Shown piece by piece: positions 1-13,613 of a stretch of 64,000 bases of DNA. Positions within the stretch are counted from its first letter, which is position 1; each line of letters starts with the position of its first letter. The stretch comes from Mobula hypostoma (lineage: Eukaryota), in contig NC_086107.1 in the NCBI RefSeq assembly GCF_963921235.1, positions 94,118,001-94,182,000 on the forward strand. The letters are read 5' to 3'. Made by a program: the position numbers and the translations under genes. The notes below the pieces were generated by a model, which saw nothing but the letters and a program-made list of their open reading frames with translations, was not told the DNA's origin and searched no databases.

Positions 1-366
1 CCTTCAAGGATGAGGTCCAGGAGCCTGAAGATGCACACTGAGCACTTTAGGAACATCCTCCCCTCTGCTCTCAGATTTATGAATGGTCCATGAACCCATG
101 AACACTACCTCCTTATCTTGCCCCATTTTTGTCCTACCTATTTACCTATTGTTTATTTCTTATTGTAAATTATAGTGATTTTTACATTTTGCACTGTATT
201 GCTGCTGCAAAACAACAGATTTCAGGTCACATCAGCGATAATAAACCTGATTCTGATTCTGATCCGATTTAAACGGATTTAACTCGGGCAGCCCATGTCA
301 TAGTTTTCAAATCCTAACCACGTTCTGCCTTCTCCATTCTTATTACTGTCTCAGTGCTCTTACGTA

Positions 367-431
367 CAGCACTATGCAAAAGTCTTGGGAACGTATATAT
401 AGCTGGGGTGGCTGAGACTTGCACAGTGCTG
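367..431. mobile_element. short Tc1/mariner-type MITE (second copy about 821-1162, interrupted by a SINE)
   Basis: TA-flanked inverted termini cagcactatgcaaaagtct ... agacttgcacagtgctg. Confidence 0.65.
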
Positions 432-871
432 TAGTGATTTTATGTATTGCTCTGTTCTGTTGCCACAAGAAAAAAACAAATTTCATGACACATGTAAGTG
501 ATGATAAACCTGATTCTGATGTGGGTCTCTATTGTGGACTGAGAGTGGGAAGGGGGCAGGGAGAGGGGAATCACGGTTGGGAAAAGGGGAAGGGAGAGGA
601 GAGGGAGCGGGAAGCACCAGAGAGACATTCGGTAATGATCAATAAACCAATTGTTTGCAATCAGATAGCCTTGCCTGGTGTCTGCACCTGCACCACCACC
701 CCCCTGGCCCTGGCACTCCATCTCTGCCAGCTACCCCTTAGTGCCCCACCCTCCCCATTCCCGATATCCTTTGCTCCCGCCAGATTTACAAACTTGCTCT
801 CCACTCCACAATGGCAAATATAGTACTGTGCGAAAGTCTTAGGCACCATATTCATGTCCCTAAGAGTTTTG

Positions 872-1142
872 TCGCATGGCCAAGTGGTTAAGGCATCGGT
901 CTAGTGATCTGAAGGTCGCTGTCCTTGAGCAAGGCACTTAACCACACATTGCTCTGCGATGACACTGGTGCCAAGCTGTATGGATCCTAATGCCCTTCCC
1001 TTGGACAACATTGGTGGCGTGGAGAGGGGAAACTTGCAGCATGGGCAACTGCCAGTCTTCCATACAACCTTGCCCAGGCCTGCGTCCTGGAAACCTTCCA
1101 AGGCGCAAATCCATGGTCTCACGAGAGTAACGGATGCCCAAA
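872..1142 (+). mobile_element. tRNA-derived SINE with RTE-like tail
   Basis: A-box TGGCCAAGTGG; 10-bp TSD AAGAGTTTTG (862-871 / 1143-1152); homologous copy at 33904-34215. Confidence 0.8.
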
Positions 1143-1255
1143 AAGAGTTTTGCACAGTACTGTATGGCACAATCAGTCTGGATAGCACATAAACAAAGGC
1201 TGTTCATTGTGGTGTTGTACACTAATACTTAATACCCCTGTCTGTCATTAATCTA

Positions 1256-2720
1256 TACTCAGTGGTCACTTTACTAGCTAGGCCTGTACACCTGCTCATT
1301 AATGTAAATATCTAATCAACCAATCAAGTGGCAGCAACTCAATGCATAAAAGCACGCTGACATGGTCAAGAGGTTCAAGTTAAGAGCCCAAGGTATTACA
1401 GGAAAGATACTAGCATGATAGAGCATTGGCTGATTGGCGGGAAGCAGAGTGGGAATAAAGGGTTGGCTGCTGGTAACTCGAGGTGTTCCAAAGGGGTCTG
1501 TGTTGGGACCAATACTATTTACATTATATTTCAATGATTTCGATGACGGAATTGATGGCTTTGTGGCCAAGTTTATGGTTGATATGAAGATAGGTGGGAG
1601 GGCACTTAGTTTAGAGGAAGCAGAGAGACTACAGGAGACAGATTAGGAGACTGGGCAAAGAAGTGGCAGATGGAATACAGTGTCGAGAAGTGTATGGTCA
1701 TGTACTTTGGTAGAAGAAATGAAAGGGTTAGCTATTTCCTAAATGGAGTGAAAAATTCTTCAAAACCTGAGGTGCAAAGGGACCTTGGCGTCCTTGTGCA
1801 AGATTCACTAAAGGTAAATTTGTAGGTTTGTTGGGTGGAGAGGAAAGCAAATGCAATGCTAGCAGTCATTTCAGGAGGACTAGAATATAACAGCAAGGAT
1901 ATAAGTCTTGAAGCACTGATGAGACCTCACTTGGACTATTGTTAGTAGTTTTTGGGCCTCTTATCTAAGAAGGGATGTGTTGACATTGGAGAAGGTTCAA
2001 AGGAGGTTCGCGAAAATGATTCCAGGATTGAGAAGCTTGACATATCAAGAGTGTTTGATGGCTCTGGGCCTGTATTCACTAGAATTCAGAAGAATGAGGG
2101 GTGACCTTATTGAAACCCATTGAATGTTGAAAGGGCTCAGTAGAGTGGAGGTAGAGAGCATGCTTCCTATGTTTCCTGTGGTCTAAGACCAGAGGACACA
2201 GCCTCAGAATAGAGGGGTGTCCTTTTAGAATGGAGAGGAAGAGGAATTTCTTCAGCCAGAGAACGGCAAATCTGTGGAATTCTTTGCCACAGGCGTCATT
2301 GGGTATATTTAAGGCAGAGGCTGATAGATTCTTGATTGGTCAGGGCATAAAGGGATATGGGGAGAAGGCAGGAGTTTGGGGCTGAGAGGGCAAATGGATC
2401 AACCACGATGAAATGGCGGAGCAGATTTGATGGGCCAAATGGCCTAATTCTGCTCCTATATCTTATGGTCTTATAGGTTCATTTGTTGTTCGGACCAAAC
2501 ATTAGAATGGGGAAGAAATGTGATCAAAGTGTAGAATGATTGTTGATGGAGTATCTCAGAAACTGCTGATTCCTGGAATTTTCACACACAACAGTCGTAA
2601 AGTTTGCAGCAAATGGTGCAAAAAAAACAAAAAAAAAAATCCAGTGAGTGGTAGTTCTGTGGGTGAAAAGACCTTGTTAATGAGAGAGGTCAGAGGAGAG
2701 TACCTAATAAAGTGTCCTCT
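1256..2720 (+). mobile_element. non-autonomous Tc1-like element split by a CR1 LINE fragment (about 1376-2474)
   Basis: Terminus ctcagtggtcacttta; transposase HTH remnant at 2500-2700; CR1 RT remnant GVPKGSVLGPILF and tcttatgg tail. Confidence 0.8.
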
Positions 2721-3269
2721 GACTGTACGGCAGGCTCAGTTAGAAACCTCAGGAAGGAACACTCGTTCCTTGATACTTAAAGGAGATTTTTGATTCCCGA
2801 AAAATATTTTATGGAACTAAGTTTTATAAATTTGAGTGAAAGGTGTTCTGGCATTTATGTGAAGAGTTGGGAGCTTTGGTGAAAAAGTGTACATCAGAGA
2901 CACTTTACAGATAGTATTATAGTGAAAACTGATGAACAGAACGTTCTTAAATCAAGTATTTACTGTGTTGGTCACAGAATAAGCATGTGGTCATCAGATT
3001 GACTTCAGAGCTAGAAGCATTAAATTATGAGGACAGATTTCATATAATAAGCCAGTGTCCCCAGGGCATAGGAGGTTAAGAGATTATCTTGTTATGGTCT
3101 GATTAAAATGATTTAAATGGATGGATATAGAGAAATGATATTCTTAATTATGGAGAATTTTAAACAGGGTGTTCTGGCATAATGCCAAAAGATAGAGTTA
3201 CCAGAGATTGCAAATCTACCCCAGGGGGATGAAGTGTTGGAATCCACTGCAAATATCAACAGTCTGTTA

Positions 3270-3770
3270 TGCACTTGGTGGCTTTATTAGGTTCAAGAGA
3301 GGAACCCGGTCATGGTCTTCTACTGCCGTAGCCCGTCCACTTCAAGGTTCAATGTGTGGTTCAGTGTGAATGTGTGGTTGTTTGAGATGGCGTCATTCTC
3401 CTGCCAGCTTGAACCTGCCTGGCCATTCTCCTCTGACCTCTCTCATTAACAAGGCCACAGGACTGCCAAGCGGCAGATGATTTTTTTTTGTTTGTTTCTC
3501 ACACCACTTTCTGTAAACTCTAGAGACTGCAGTGCGTGAAAATCCCAGGAGATCAGCAGTTTCTGAGATACTCAAACCACCCCGTCTGGCACCAACAATC
3601 AATTCACGGTCAAAGTCACATTCCCTCCCCGTTCCATGTCTGCTCTGAACAACAACTGAACCTCTTGACCCTGTCCACATGTTTATATGCTGCCAGATGA
3701 TTGGCTGATTAGATACTTGCATTAACGAGCCGGTGTATTGAGGTACCTAATAAAGTGGCCACTGAGCGTA
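3270..3770 (-). mobile_element. Tc1-like transposon remnant
   Basis: ORF 3393-3722 includes [39 protein letters not shown] (Tc1 HTH); TIR acctaataaagtggccactgag. Confidence 0.85.
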
Positions 3771-5094
3771 GCTCACTTTAACATCACGGTGATGGACAGC
3801 CGGGGTACATTGATCTGAAATCTGCCCTTCCAGGTACAGCCCCGAAGAACACAATTCCTGCTTAACATAACCTTTCCTCGCAGCTGCTTTTGTTTAAATT
3901 GTTTCCGACAGTGAAGCATGCTTTGGCAGTGCAGAGTGCCTGCTGGGAACACGTGTTGAGAATTTGTATGTGCGGTTCAGGCTGTGCTGAGAGGAGAGTC
4001 TTCCTTCAACATCGTACAGCTGCCAGGCCACTGATCCCGGCACAGCAGGAGAGACGGTCTCCATTGTGCCACGGAGAGGGACAGCGCCACCCCATGGCCT
4101 GATGAGTAAATGGCCACAGCAGCAAGTGCTCATTCCCATCCTGTGCTGCGGTACATTGGTAAATCGGCTTATTATTGTCACAAGTTTTAATTTGATTTAG
4201 AGGTACAGGTTGGTAACGGGCCCTTCGAGTCCACCCATGTGACCTACTCGCCCGTACGTCTTTGGAATGTGGGAGGAAACCGGAGCACCCGGAGGAAACC
4301 CACCACAGGGAGGAACGCACAAACACCTTACTGACAGCAGCGGGAATTGAAACCAGGCTCCTGGCACTAAAACAGCTAACCGTGCCGATACCAAGGCTCG
4401 GTGAATAACTTCGTTTTGCCCATACAGATTGTTTCGTCACATCCGTGCATTGATGTAGCGCAGGGGGAAAACAAAACCGGAAAGCAGATCGAAGTGCTAC
4501 AGCTACAGAGAAAGTCGAGCACAGGCAGCCAATAAGGTGCAAGGCCATAAAGACGTAGATTATGCAATCAAGGGGACATCTTATTGTTCAATTGTCTTTT
4601 CAAAGCTGAATGATTGCGTTATTTGTTTTTTTGCTCGTGGGAGGTTGGTGTTCTTGATACCGCTTGCCCGATTTGTTTTTTGCGCGTGGTGGGCGTGGTT
4701 TGATGGGTTTTTTTCTGTGAGGGGGTTCCATGGTTTTCTTCGTTTCGTGGCTGTCTGTGGAGAAGGCTTGTATACTGCAAGCAAACTTTGATAATAAATG
4801 TACTTTGGCCTTTGATTGCATGTGTCTTCAGGTTTGTGTGAAGAGGGGAGAAGAGAGAATGTTGGGGATGGGTGTTGGCTGCTTTACTGAGGTAGAGAGA
4901 AGTGTAGACAGAGTCTGTGGAAGGGAGGTTGGTTTTTGCGATATGCTGAGCTGTGTCCACAACTCTCTGCGGTCTCTTACTATACCATGCCGTGATGCAT
5001 CTAGATAGGACGCTTTCTGAGGTGTGTTGATAAAAATTGGTGATAGTCAATGGGAACATGCCAAATTTCTGTAGCCTCCTGTGGTATGCCCTCA

Positions 5095-5656
5095 ATGGTA
5101 CCGCTGTACCAGGATACTGACGGACTTTTACCGCTGTATCATTGAGAGCATACTCGCCAACTGCATCTCAGTGTGGTATGGCATTTGTCCCGTATCGGAC
5201 TGCAAAGCACTCCAGCGTGTGGTGAAAACTGTCCAGTAGATTATCGGCACCCAATTGCCCACCATTGAGAATATCTACCGTAAACGCTGCCTGGGCAGGG
5301 CGAAAAGCATTATCAGGGATGCATCTCACCCTAACCATAGACTTTTTACTCTCCTCCCATCCGGTATGCGCTACAGGAGCCTCCGCTCCCGCACCAGCAG
5401 GCACAGGAAGAGCTTCTTCCCTGAGGATGTGACCCTGCTGAACCTCACATCACAGCGCTAAGCAGTATTGCACTCATATTGTACTGTCTCAGTACTTTTA
5501 TATTTGTGTGCTGTAGCACTTACTTTTTATTCGCAGTTATTTTGTTAATAACACTATTCTTTGCATTTCTGGTTAGATGCTAACTGCATTTCATTGGCTT
5601 TGTATCTGTACTCAGCACAACGACAATAAAGTTGAATCTAATCTAACCTAATCTAA
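5095..5656 (+). mobile_element. Rex1/Babar-like LINE 3' end, young family (other copies 10397-10980 minus, 42844-43035 plus)
   Basis: ORF2 C-terminus IIRDASHPNHRLFTLLPSGMRYRS; near-identical 3'UTR ending aataaagttgaa(tctaa)n in three copies. Confidence 0.8.
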
Positions 5657-5964
5657 TTAGAGGCAATGGTGAGCTTTCTTGGCCATTCTGTCTATGTGGT
5701 TGGATCAGGACACCGCGAAACTTGAAGTTCTCAGCAGCAGCCTTGATGTAAACAGGATTGTGTGCCCACAGTTAACAGAAGGGGTGGAGATGAGGAATAG
5801 TTTCAGTAGTTCAGGAGAAAAGAGATGGAGGAAAATTACCCAGCATTCCCACTCTCATTAGGTAAGTGTGATTGTGTGTGCGTGTGTAAGAAAGAGAGAG
5901 AGACTGTATGTGTATGTATGCATGTGACATGTGTATGTGCATGTATCCATGTCTGTTTATGTGT

Positions 5965-6530
5965 TGAAGGGCATTGAGGGCCTCCGTCAGTCAGCATTGA
6001 CCACGGATATTGTGTCTTAGCTGTCTAGATACGAAAGCCTGGGCAGTACGATATGGAGACGAAGCTCCCCCTCTCCACACATCTGATAAGCCCAAAGGAA
6101 CGTCAGGGACCGATACAGTTAGGTATCAGCAGCATTGCAGGAGCTGCCAGTCAACATCGAGCTGCTTTAGGGACTCCTAGCTCTGGATTTTTCCCTCATG
6201 GTTTACTCCCAAAGCCTTTCCCATGAGTGAGTATAGCTGCAAGACAGCAGAGGTTTGAGATCAGAGTTTTCCTTCTCCTAGATGAGCTGCCAACCATGGC
6301 TGACGAGCCCCATCTGCCTGAAGTGACTGGTTTTAAGGTGCCAGTAACCCGCCTTTGTCCCCTCTCCTGTCAGTAGAAATGGTTCAACCAGGCTTAGTAG
6401 CTAAGCCACACGTGAAGGCCAGCAGCTGGACTTGGTTGTCAGAGGCTGTTTGAGGTGCACATCATTAGGAACATTTAATAGGTCGTGGGAGCTTGTCCCC
6501 ATTACCACCCCCAGCTATAACAACCTTAAG
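5965..6530 (-). mobile_element. non-autonomous retroposon sharing its 3' tail with the tRNA SINE at 872-1142
   Basis: Reverse complement tccatatcgtactgcccaggc...aatatccgtggtcaatgctgactgacggaggcc aligns by eye with the SINE tail tccatacaaccttgcccaggc...aaatccatggtctcacgagagtaacggatgcc. Confidence 0.55.
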
Positions 6531-6784
6531 AACCTTTATGTGTGGGGTATGTGATATCAAGTCGAGTTTATTGTTATCTGTACAAGTACACGTATGCACA
6601 AGTGCAAAGAAAAACATACTTGACGTAGCATCACCGACATAGAGCATGAGATATGCAGCATTCACAAAAACATAATCTATAAATACATTTTGCAAGAAGG
6701 AAAATGATTAGAACAAAAGAAAGAAGTCTATTTTAGTGCAAAGAGGTCATAGTGTTGTTAAGCTGTGATCATTTACCGCGGCCT

Positions 6785-7070
6785 GGCAGCACGGTAGCAT
6801 AACGCCAGCGCGGCAGTATGACAGCTGAGGGCGCCAGAGTTTAGAATTCAATTCCGACATCGTCTGTGCGCCCTCCCTGTGGAATATGGGGGTTTTCTCC
6901 AGACGCCCCGGTTTCCTCCCACAGCCCAAAGATGTACTGGTTAGTAGGTTAATTGATCATTGTAAATTGTCCTGTGATTAGGCTAGGGTTAAATCGGGAG
7001 TACCTGGACATTGCAGCTCGAGGGGCCGAAGGGCCTTGTGCATGCTGTGCCCCAATAAAGAAATAAATAG
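6785..7070 (+). mobile_element. tRNA-derived V-SINE-like element; many copies (e.g. 17785-18030, 33610-33890, 45295-45600, 47460-47795 minus, 58235-58535)
   Basis: tRNA-like head (ggtagc..gttcaattcc) plus central ggtttcctccgggtgctccggtttcctcccac..ccaaagacgt domain. Confidence 0.75.
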
Positions 7071-8151
7071 GGTTGTGCTGGTTGATTCAAGAACTGGATG
7101 GTTGAAGGGAAGGAGCTAGTCACGTCACAGACACATCCTTCTCTACAAGAGGTGCTGCCTCGTGAAGGCAACATCCGTCATCAAGATCCCCACCATCTGG
7201 GCCTTGCCATCTTCTCACAGCTCCCATCGGGCAGGAGGTACAGAAACCTGAAGTCCCACACCACCAGGTTCAGGAACAGACACAGCCCTTGAACGATCTG
7301 ACACTTGTGTTCTTTCTTGTAGAAAGTGGGTATGGTTTAAGTTTAATTTGTTTCCCTTGTGAACTCTGCTTATCTGGCGCTCTGTGACTACGATGCTGCT
7401 GCAAGTCAGTCTTTCACTGCACATTACATAGACTTGTGCAGATGGCGATAAACTTCACTTTGATGGCTTCAGGCAGTGTCTCGTATAGATATTTCTGAAG
7501 GGGAGAGATGTGCCTTTGATGTGCTGGGCAGAATCCAGTATTCTCTGCAGCTTCTTACATTCTAGCACATTCAAATTGCCGTACTAGGCCGCGACGCAAC
7601 CCATCAGGACACTCTCAACAGTACTCTATAGAAGTCTGCTCGAGTGTCCGGTAACAAGTTGAACCTCCTTAATTGCCGAAGAAATTAGAGATACTGGTAT
7701 GCCTTTGTTGTCGGTGCATTCTGTGTGTCACTGTACATGTGATGTCTGTGTGACATATGAGTAGTGTAGCATGTGATTTTGAGTCACGAAGCCTACTTGT
7801 TTTTGGGGGTATGTGTCATAGGACTGCCATAGGAGCAGAATTAGGCCATTCGGCCCATCGAACCTGCTCTCCCATTGCATCATGGCTGATTAGTTTTTTA
7901 TTTATTGAAGAATAGGCTCTTCCGGCCCTTTGAACCGCGCCACCCAACAATCCCGATTTAACCCTAACCTGATCATGGGACAATTCACAATGACCATTAA
8001 CCTAGCAACCGGTATGGTTGGTAGGTTAATTGTGAGACTGTGGGAGGAAACTGGAGCACCTGGAGGAAACCCAAGCTGTCATGGGGGTATGTACAAACTC
8101 CTATTTATGATCCCTCTCAACCCTGTTTTCCTGCCTTCTCCCCTTAACAGT

Positions 8152-9050
8152 TGTGTATTTAATATTTCAATAATATTTGAGTAATCTTGTGTGTATATAT
8201 AGTTTAAGCATTCTTGTTTGTTTAAATAATTAATCGCAGGTTATTTGTAAAAAATGCTTTAATTGCATGCGTCATCATGCCTTGCTTAAAGTAAACTAAA
8301 AGTGAGATCCACATTTCGGACTCCTGTGTCATCCTTTAATTAGTTTAATGTTCTGAAGTTACAAAACAGATCTTTGGCAATGAGGCATTTTTAAAATGAC
8401 CCCGAGACAGCTACCAAGCTGTTAGAGTGCAGCAAGATTTTCAGAATCTTAAAAAACGCAGCAAGGAAGGGTCAAGTTAAAAGCAGTGCAGTACATATTC
8501 TTTGGAAGGGAAGACAATAGAGTTTTTAAAAAAGTCAATTAACAGAAGAATTCACGAGTTCGTGAAGAATAAGTGCCGGGTGATAGTAATCATAAAGCAG
8601 AAATGGCTGGATACATCAGAAGGATTGACACATTTGATTACACAATAGGTAATTGGATTTTATATACTGAGCAAATTCAACATTATTTTGAAGCAAATGG
8701 AATAGCGAATGTGAAGTGAGTGCTAATTTTGCTGAGTGCATTGGTTGGTGCAACTGTAACGAACCCAATTTCCCTCGGGATCAATAAAGTATGACTATAA
8801 CTATGACTAAAGGTATACAGTTTGTTTCAAGGTTTGGCTCCAATCAAACCAGCTGAAATGAGCTTTGCTGCTATTGTAAGAGTGGTGCAGGAACACTTAG
8901 AACTGAAACCATTGTTGATTGCAGAATGCTTTAATTTTCATGAGCAGAATAAAATAAAATAGGGGAGTCCATTTCAGTGTACATGACTGAATTGAAGAGA
9001 TTATCTGAGCATTGTCAGTTCAATAATGGTCATAATATTACACTAAGAGA
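8152..9050 (+). mobile_element. Gypsy (Mag-like) LTR retrotransposon remnant: LTR, PBS-like site, degraded gag
   Basis: TG...CA LTR about 8152-8368, then tggcaatgagg, then gag from 8603 MAGYIRRIDTFDYTIGNWILYTEQIQHYFEANGIA with stops; interrupted by a LINE tail at about 8745-8808. Confidence 0.75.
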
Positions 9051-9499
9051 TTGTGCACGCCATGTGTGTTCTGTATGTCATTCCTGTGGTTATGTCTGCA
9101 CACAGGCCGATTGGGCATACGTGTAAATGCCTGCATGTACAGGCTCCATGTGTGTGGAAGTGCAGGCCTCCAAACTTTCACATGTATCTGTGTAAGTCTG
9201 TGTATGAGCCTGTGTTAATGGCATTGGGATTGAGTGCTGCTACAACGTCTTCCTCAGCCAAATAGTCTCGAATGGACGAATGGAATGCCTTCCAATGGGA
9301 ATGACTCATGAGGCGGGAGCAAAGGGTGCTGAGAGGGAGAGGGAGTGTCTGTGGTGGGAAATGGACAGTTAACATTTCAAGTCAATACCCTCTATCTAAA
9401 TTGAAAAATAGAGGGGAGGTACCGTGAAGGGTGTCGACTATCTCCTAACTCGATCCCTGATCTCTAAATTGAAAGGGATTAGCTTTACTTGTCCCATGT

Positions 9500-10110
9500 G
9501 CATTGGGAGTCCTTTGCAGGATTCCCTAAAGGTTAACTTGCAGGCTGACTCAGTGGTAAGGGAGGCAAGTGCAATGTTAGCATTCATTTCAGGAGGACTA
9601 GAATATAAAAGCAAGGACGTAATGCTGAGGCTTTATAAGGCACTGCTGAGGCCTCACTTGGAGTATCGCGAGCAGTTTTCGGCTCCTTGTTTAAGAACGG
9701 ATGTGCTGACATTGGAGAGGGTTCAGAGGAGGTTCACGAAAATGATTCCGGGAATGAAGGCATAGCGTATGAGGAGTGATTGATGACTGTGGGCCTTTAC
9801 TCATTAGGAGAATGAGGTAGGATCTCATTGGATCCTATTGAATCATGAAAAGCCTAGATAGAGTGGATGTGGAGAGGATGTCTCCTGTAGAGGGGGAGTC
9901 CAGGACAAGAGGGCACAGCCTCAGAATAGAGGGACATCACTTTAGAACAGAGATGAGGAGAAATTTCAGGGGGTGATTAACCTGTGGAATTTGTTGCCAC
10001 AGGTGGCTGTGGAGGCCAGGTCACTGGGTGTATTTAAGGTGGAGGTTGATAGGTTCTTGATTAGTCAGGGTGTGAATGGTTACAGGGAAAAGGCAGGAGA
10101 ATGAGGTTGA
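9500..10110 (+). mobile_element. CR1 LINE fragment
   Basis: LYKALLRPHLEY...LERVQRRFTKMIPG motif. Confidence 0.85.
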
Positions 10111-11285
10111 GAGGTCTTATGGAAACATACAGTTCTTTGTGTCAACACCCAACACAGTCTGAGGGTGTGCTGCTGGCAGTCTGGAAGTGTCACCGTGCTT
10201 CTGGCACCACCATAGCACGCCCACAACTCACTAACCCTAACCTGTAGCTCTTTGGAATGTGGGAGGAAATCAAAGCACTCTGAGGAAACCCATGTGGTCA
10301 CAAGGAGAACGTATAAACTCCTTACAGACAGTGGTGGGAATTGAACCCTGATCAGTGATCGTTGTCACTGTAAAGCATTGCACTAACCACTACACTATTA
10401 GATTAGATTCAACTTTATTGTCATTGTGCCGAGTACAGATACAAAGCCAATGAAATGCATTTAGCATCTGACCAGAAATGCAAAGAATAGTGTTATTTAC
10501 AAAATTACTGCAAATAAAAGAAGTGCTACAGCACACAAATATAAAAGTACTGAGACAGTACAATATGGGTGCAATACTGCTTAGCACTGTGATGAGAGGT
10601 TCAGCAGGGTCACAGCCTCAGGGAAGAAGCTCTTCCTGTGCCTGCTGGTGCAGGAGTGGAGGCTCCTGTAGCATCAACCGGATGGGAGGAGAGTAAAAAG
10701 TCCATGGTTAGGGTGAGATGCATCCCTGATAATGCTTTTCACCCTGCCCAGGCAGCGTTTATGGTAGATGTTCTCAATGGTGGGCAATTGGGTGCATATA
10801 ATCCGCTGGGCAGTTTTCACCACACGCTGGAGTGCTTTGCGGTCCGATATGGGACAATTGCCATACCACACTGAGATGCAGTTGGTGAGTATGCTCTCAA
10901 TGGTACAGGGGTAAAAGTCCATCAGTATCCTGGGACAGAGGTGAGCTTTCTTCATGCTCCGTAGGAAATAAAGGGTCTTGTGCTGCCCTTGTGAAAGATT
11001 ACCAGTCAGTACCCAGTACCAAACCCTGTGCAATATCTCCCTCTGCTGAACTCAACTGAAACAGACCTGCCTCACTGTAAGGGGAAAAGATTAGGGTTCA
11101 AAGGTCAATGTATATGCCACTATATACTAACTTGAGATTTATTTTCTTGCAGGCATGTACAAGAAAAATTTTTTTAAATATACGAATAGCTATAAATGAC
11201 AAAGACTGACCAACAACCAATCTGCAAAATAAGACACATCATGAAAATAATAAAAAAGATAAATAAATAATACTGAGACCATGAG

Positions 11286-13613
11286 TGTAATGTCCTGGTT
11301 AAGATCTCTACTGCTGTGCTGTGAGGTATTTATATTTTAGCAGTTTTTTGCAAACGCAGTGTGTCCTGCTAGTAGGCTTAATAGACTAGTGTTTTGGCTT
11401 TGGCTGAAGATAAGAAACCATTCGTCCAACCTGGAATGTTGTGTCAGCCAATCAGGTATGTTTTGGTAATGTGTTGTAACTTTTTGCCTGGTGGGATGTC
11501 ACGAAACACCCGAGAGAGCTGGGCAGGATCAGAATTCTGAAGGACAGTAGTCTGGTTTGGTGCCTTTTGCCGCAGGATGCCACTCGAAGGAGAGACCCCA
11601 TTGCAAGAAGCAGTTTGTGCAGGTGAACGGCTCCAAGCAGGAAGTGCCAACACTCCTGAGAGAGCCAGTTCATTCAAGATGGTCTTTGAGGGAAGTTTAA
11701 ACTGTGGCTAGTTTCTTTTGCGCAGTGCGTGAGTAAAGCAATACAGCTAACTACTCCAGAAACGAGCTCCAACATTTATGTGCACATTGGACTGGTTTAC
11801 GTGTAATGGGCCCTTTTATTTTTCTTTTTGGGGTCAGAATCCATAGGACACTCAAAGCTGCTGTGCAGGTTGACTCTGTGGTTAAGAAGGCATGTGGTGC
11901 TTTTACCTTCATCAACCGTGGGTTTGAGTTTAAGAGCCAAGAGGTAACGTTACAGCTATATAGGACCCTGGTGTCACGTGTGCAGCAACAATGGATATGA
12001 AATTGAGTCAGGTTATATAAACAAACAACGATATTTATTAACCTCTGCTCAAAACATCGAAAGGTAAACAAACGACTAACTTAACCAGAAGTTAACAGGA
12101 GACTATATCAAGCAAACAGTCAAACTTATAAACTGTTCTTAAAGAGTTCTCATCCAGGCACAGACTTAAAGTGGTAAGTTCAAAAGTCCATGTGATTTGT
12201 ACAGTCATTAAGGAGTGACTTCCCCGAAACAACGATTTCTTCGAAGCAATGACGAATCTGTCGTTCTCAGCCAAGAGATGCCTTGTCCAAAGGAATCACG
12301 AAGAAATAAAGGAGCTGACCTTTTGACTGGAGGGTGGTCACTGCAGAAACCTTCCCGCCCTGGCAGGGGTTTTACTCAAACGTGCACGCCACAATTCCCA
12401 AACCAAGATGAAAAACGCCGATCATTCCCAAGAAGCTGAACGACATTAACTCTACCCAATCCTTTGCTCGGATAACTGTGGTAATGTCTTCACTCTCCGA
12501 TTCTGGACTGTAAAGATAAACAAAAGTGCAAAAACAAAAACTGGCAGCAATTTTCAAAACTGCCGGCACAACGTTACACTAAAAATAAAAATGAGAACTG
12601 CAACACTGTGGCGGGCTTTCTCTTTTATACCATGCCATCATGTGACATCACATCACCCCATTATCATAAGACCATTACATCATGCTCACAAGTTATGTAA
12701 CACTGGTCAGACCCCACTTGGAATACTGTGCTCAGTTCTGGTCACCTCACTACAGGAAGGGTGTGGAAACCATAGAAAGGGTGCAGAGGAGATTTACAAG
12801 GATGTTGCCTGGATTGGGGAGCATGCCTGATGAGAATAATTGAGTGAACTCGGCCTTTTCTCCTTGGAGCAGCGGAGGATGAGAGGTGACCTGATAGAGG
12901 TGTATAAGATAATGAGAGGCATTGATCATGTGCATAGTCAGAGGCTTTTTCCCAGGGCTGAAATGGCTAGCATGAGAGGGCACAGATTTAAGGTGCTTGG
13001 AAGTAGGGACAGAGGAGATGTCAGGGGTAAGTTTTTTACACACAGTGGTGAGTGCGTGGAATGGGCTGCCGGCGACGGTGGTGGAGGCGGATACGATTGG
13101 GTCTTTTAAGAGACTCCTGGATAGGTACATGGAGCTTATAAAACTAGAGGGCTATGGGTAACCCTAGATTATTTCTAAGTAAGTACATGTTTGGCACAGC
13201 ATTGTGGGCCGAAGGGCCTGAATTGTGCTGTAGGTTTTCTATGTTTCTATGTTCTATTGGACTGGTTTAACTGTGATGGGCCCTTTTATTTTTCTTTTCT
13301 TTTTCTGTTAACTGTTTATTAAAGTTGAAATATTGGTAAATATATTTCCTTTGTAATTTTATGCTGGTGTACGATCTTTTAATTTTCCGGCAAATGATAT
13401 CTTTGCATGGACAGTATCTACACAGCATTCATTACAATTCACATCCCTCCCCAAAACATCCCAACAAACATCCCAACTTCCCTGTTTGGTTCAACCCAAA
13501 TCATACCAGCCCTAGATGTGTGTTGCTTATGGAAGGTGGCTGAGTCACGTGGTTTTTTAGCAGAATTAGTTAATGAGCTAAGTTTGTGGACGAGCCCCAG
13601 TAAGAGGGTTACA
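11286..13613 (+). mobile_element. solo LTR (TGTAA...TTACA, TSD TGAG) carrying a nested CR1 (about 11831-13256)
   Basis: TGAG at 11282-11285 and 13614-13617; about 45-nt duplication flanking the CR1 (11787-11830 vs 13257-13300). Confidence 0.75.
11972..12702 (-). mobile_element. solo LTR nested in the CR1
   Basis: TGTCAC...GTAACA termini and TSD CTGG (11968-11971 / 12703-12706). Removing it restores the CR1 frame RTLV-RPHLE. Confidence 0.8.

Noticed and set aside
872..950. tRNA genes at SINE heads (also 17465, 17785, 33610, 33908)
   Set aside because: No complete cloverleaf; each continues into a SINE body and tail.
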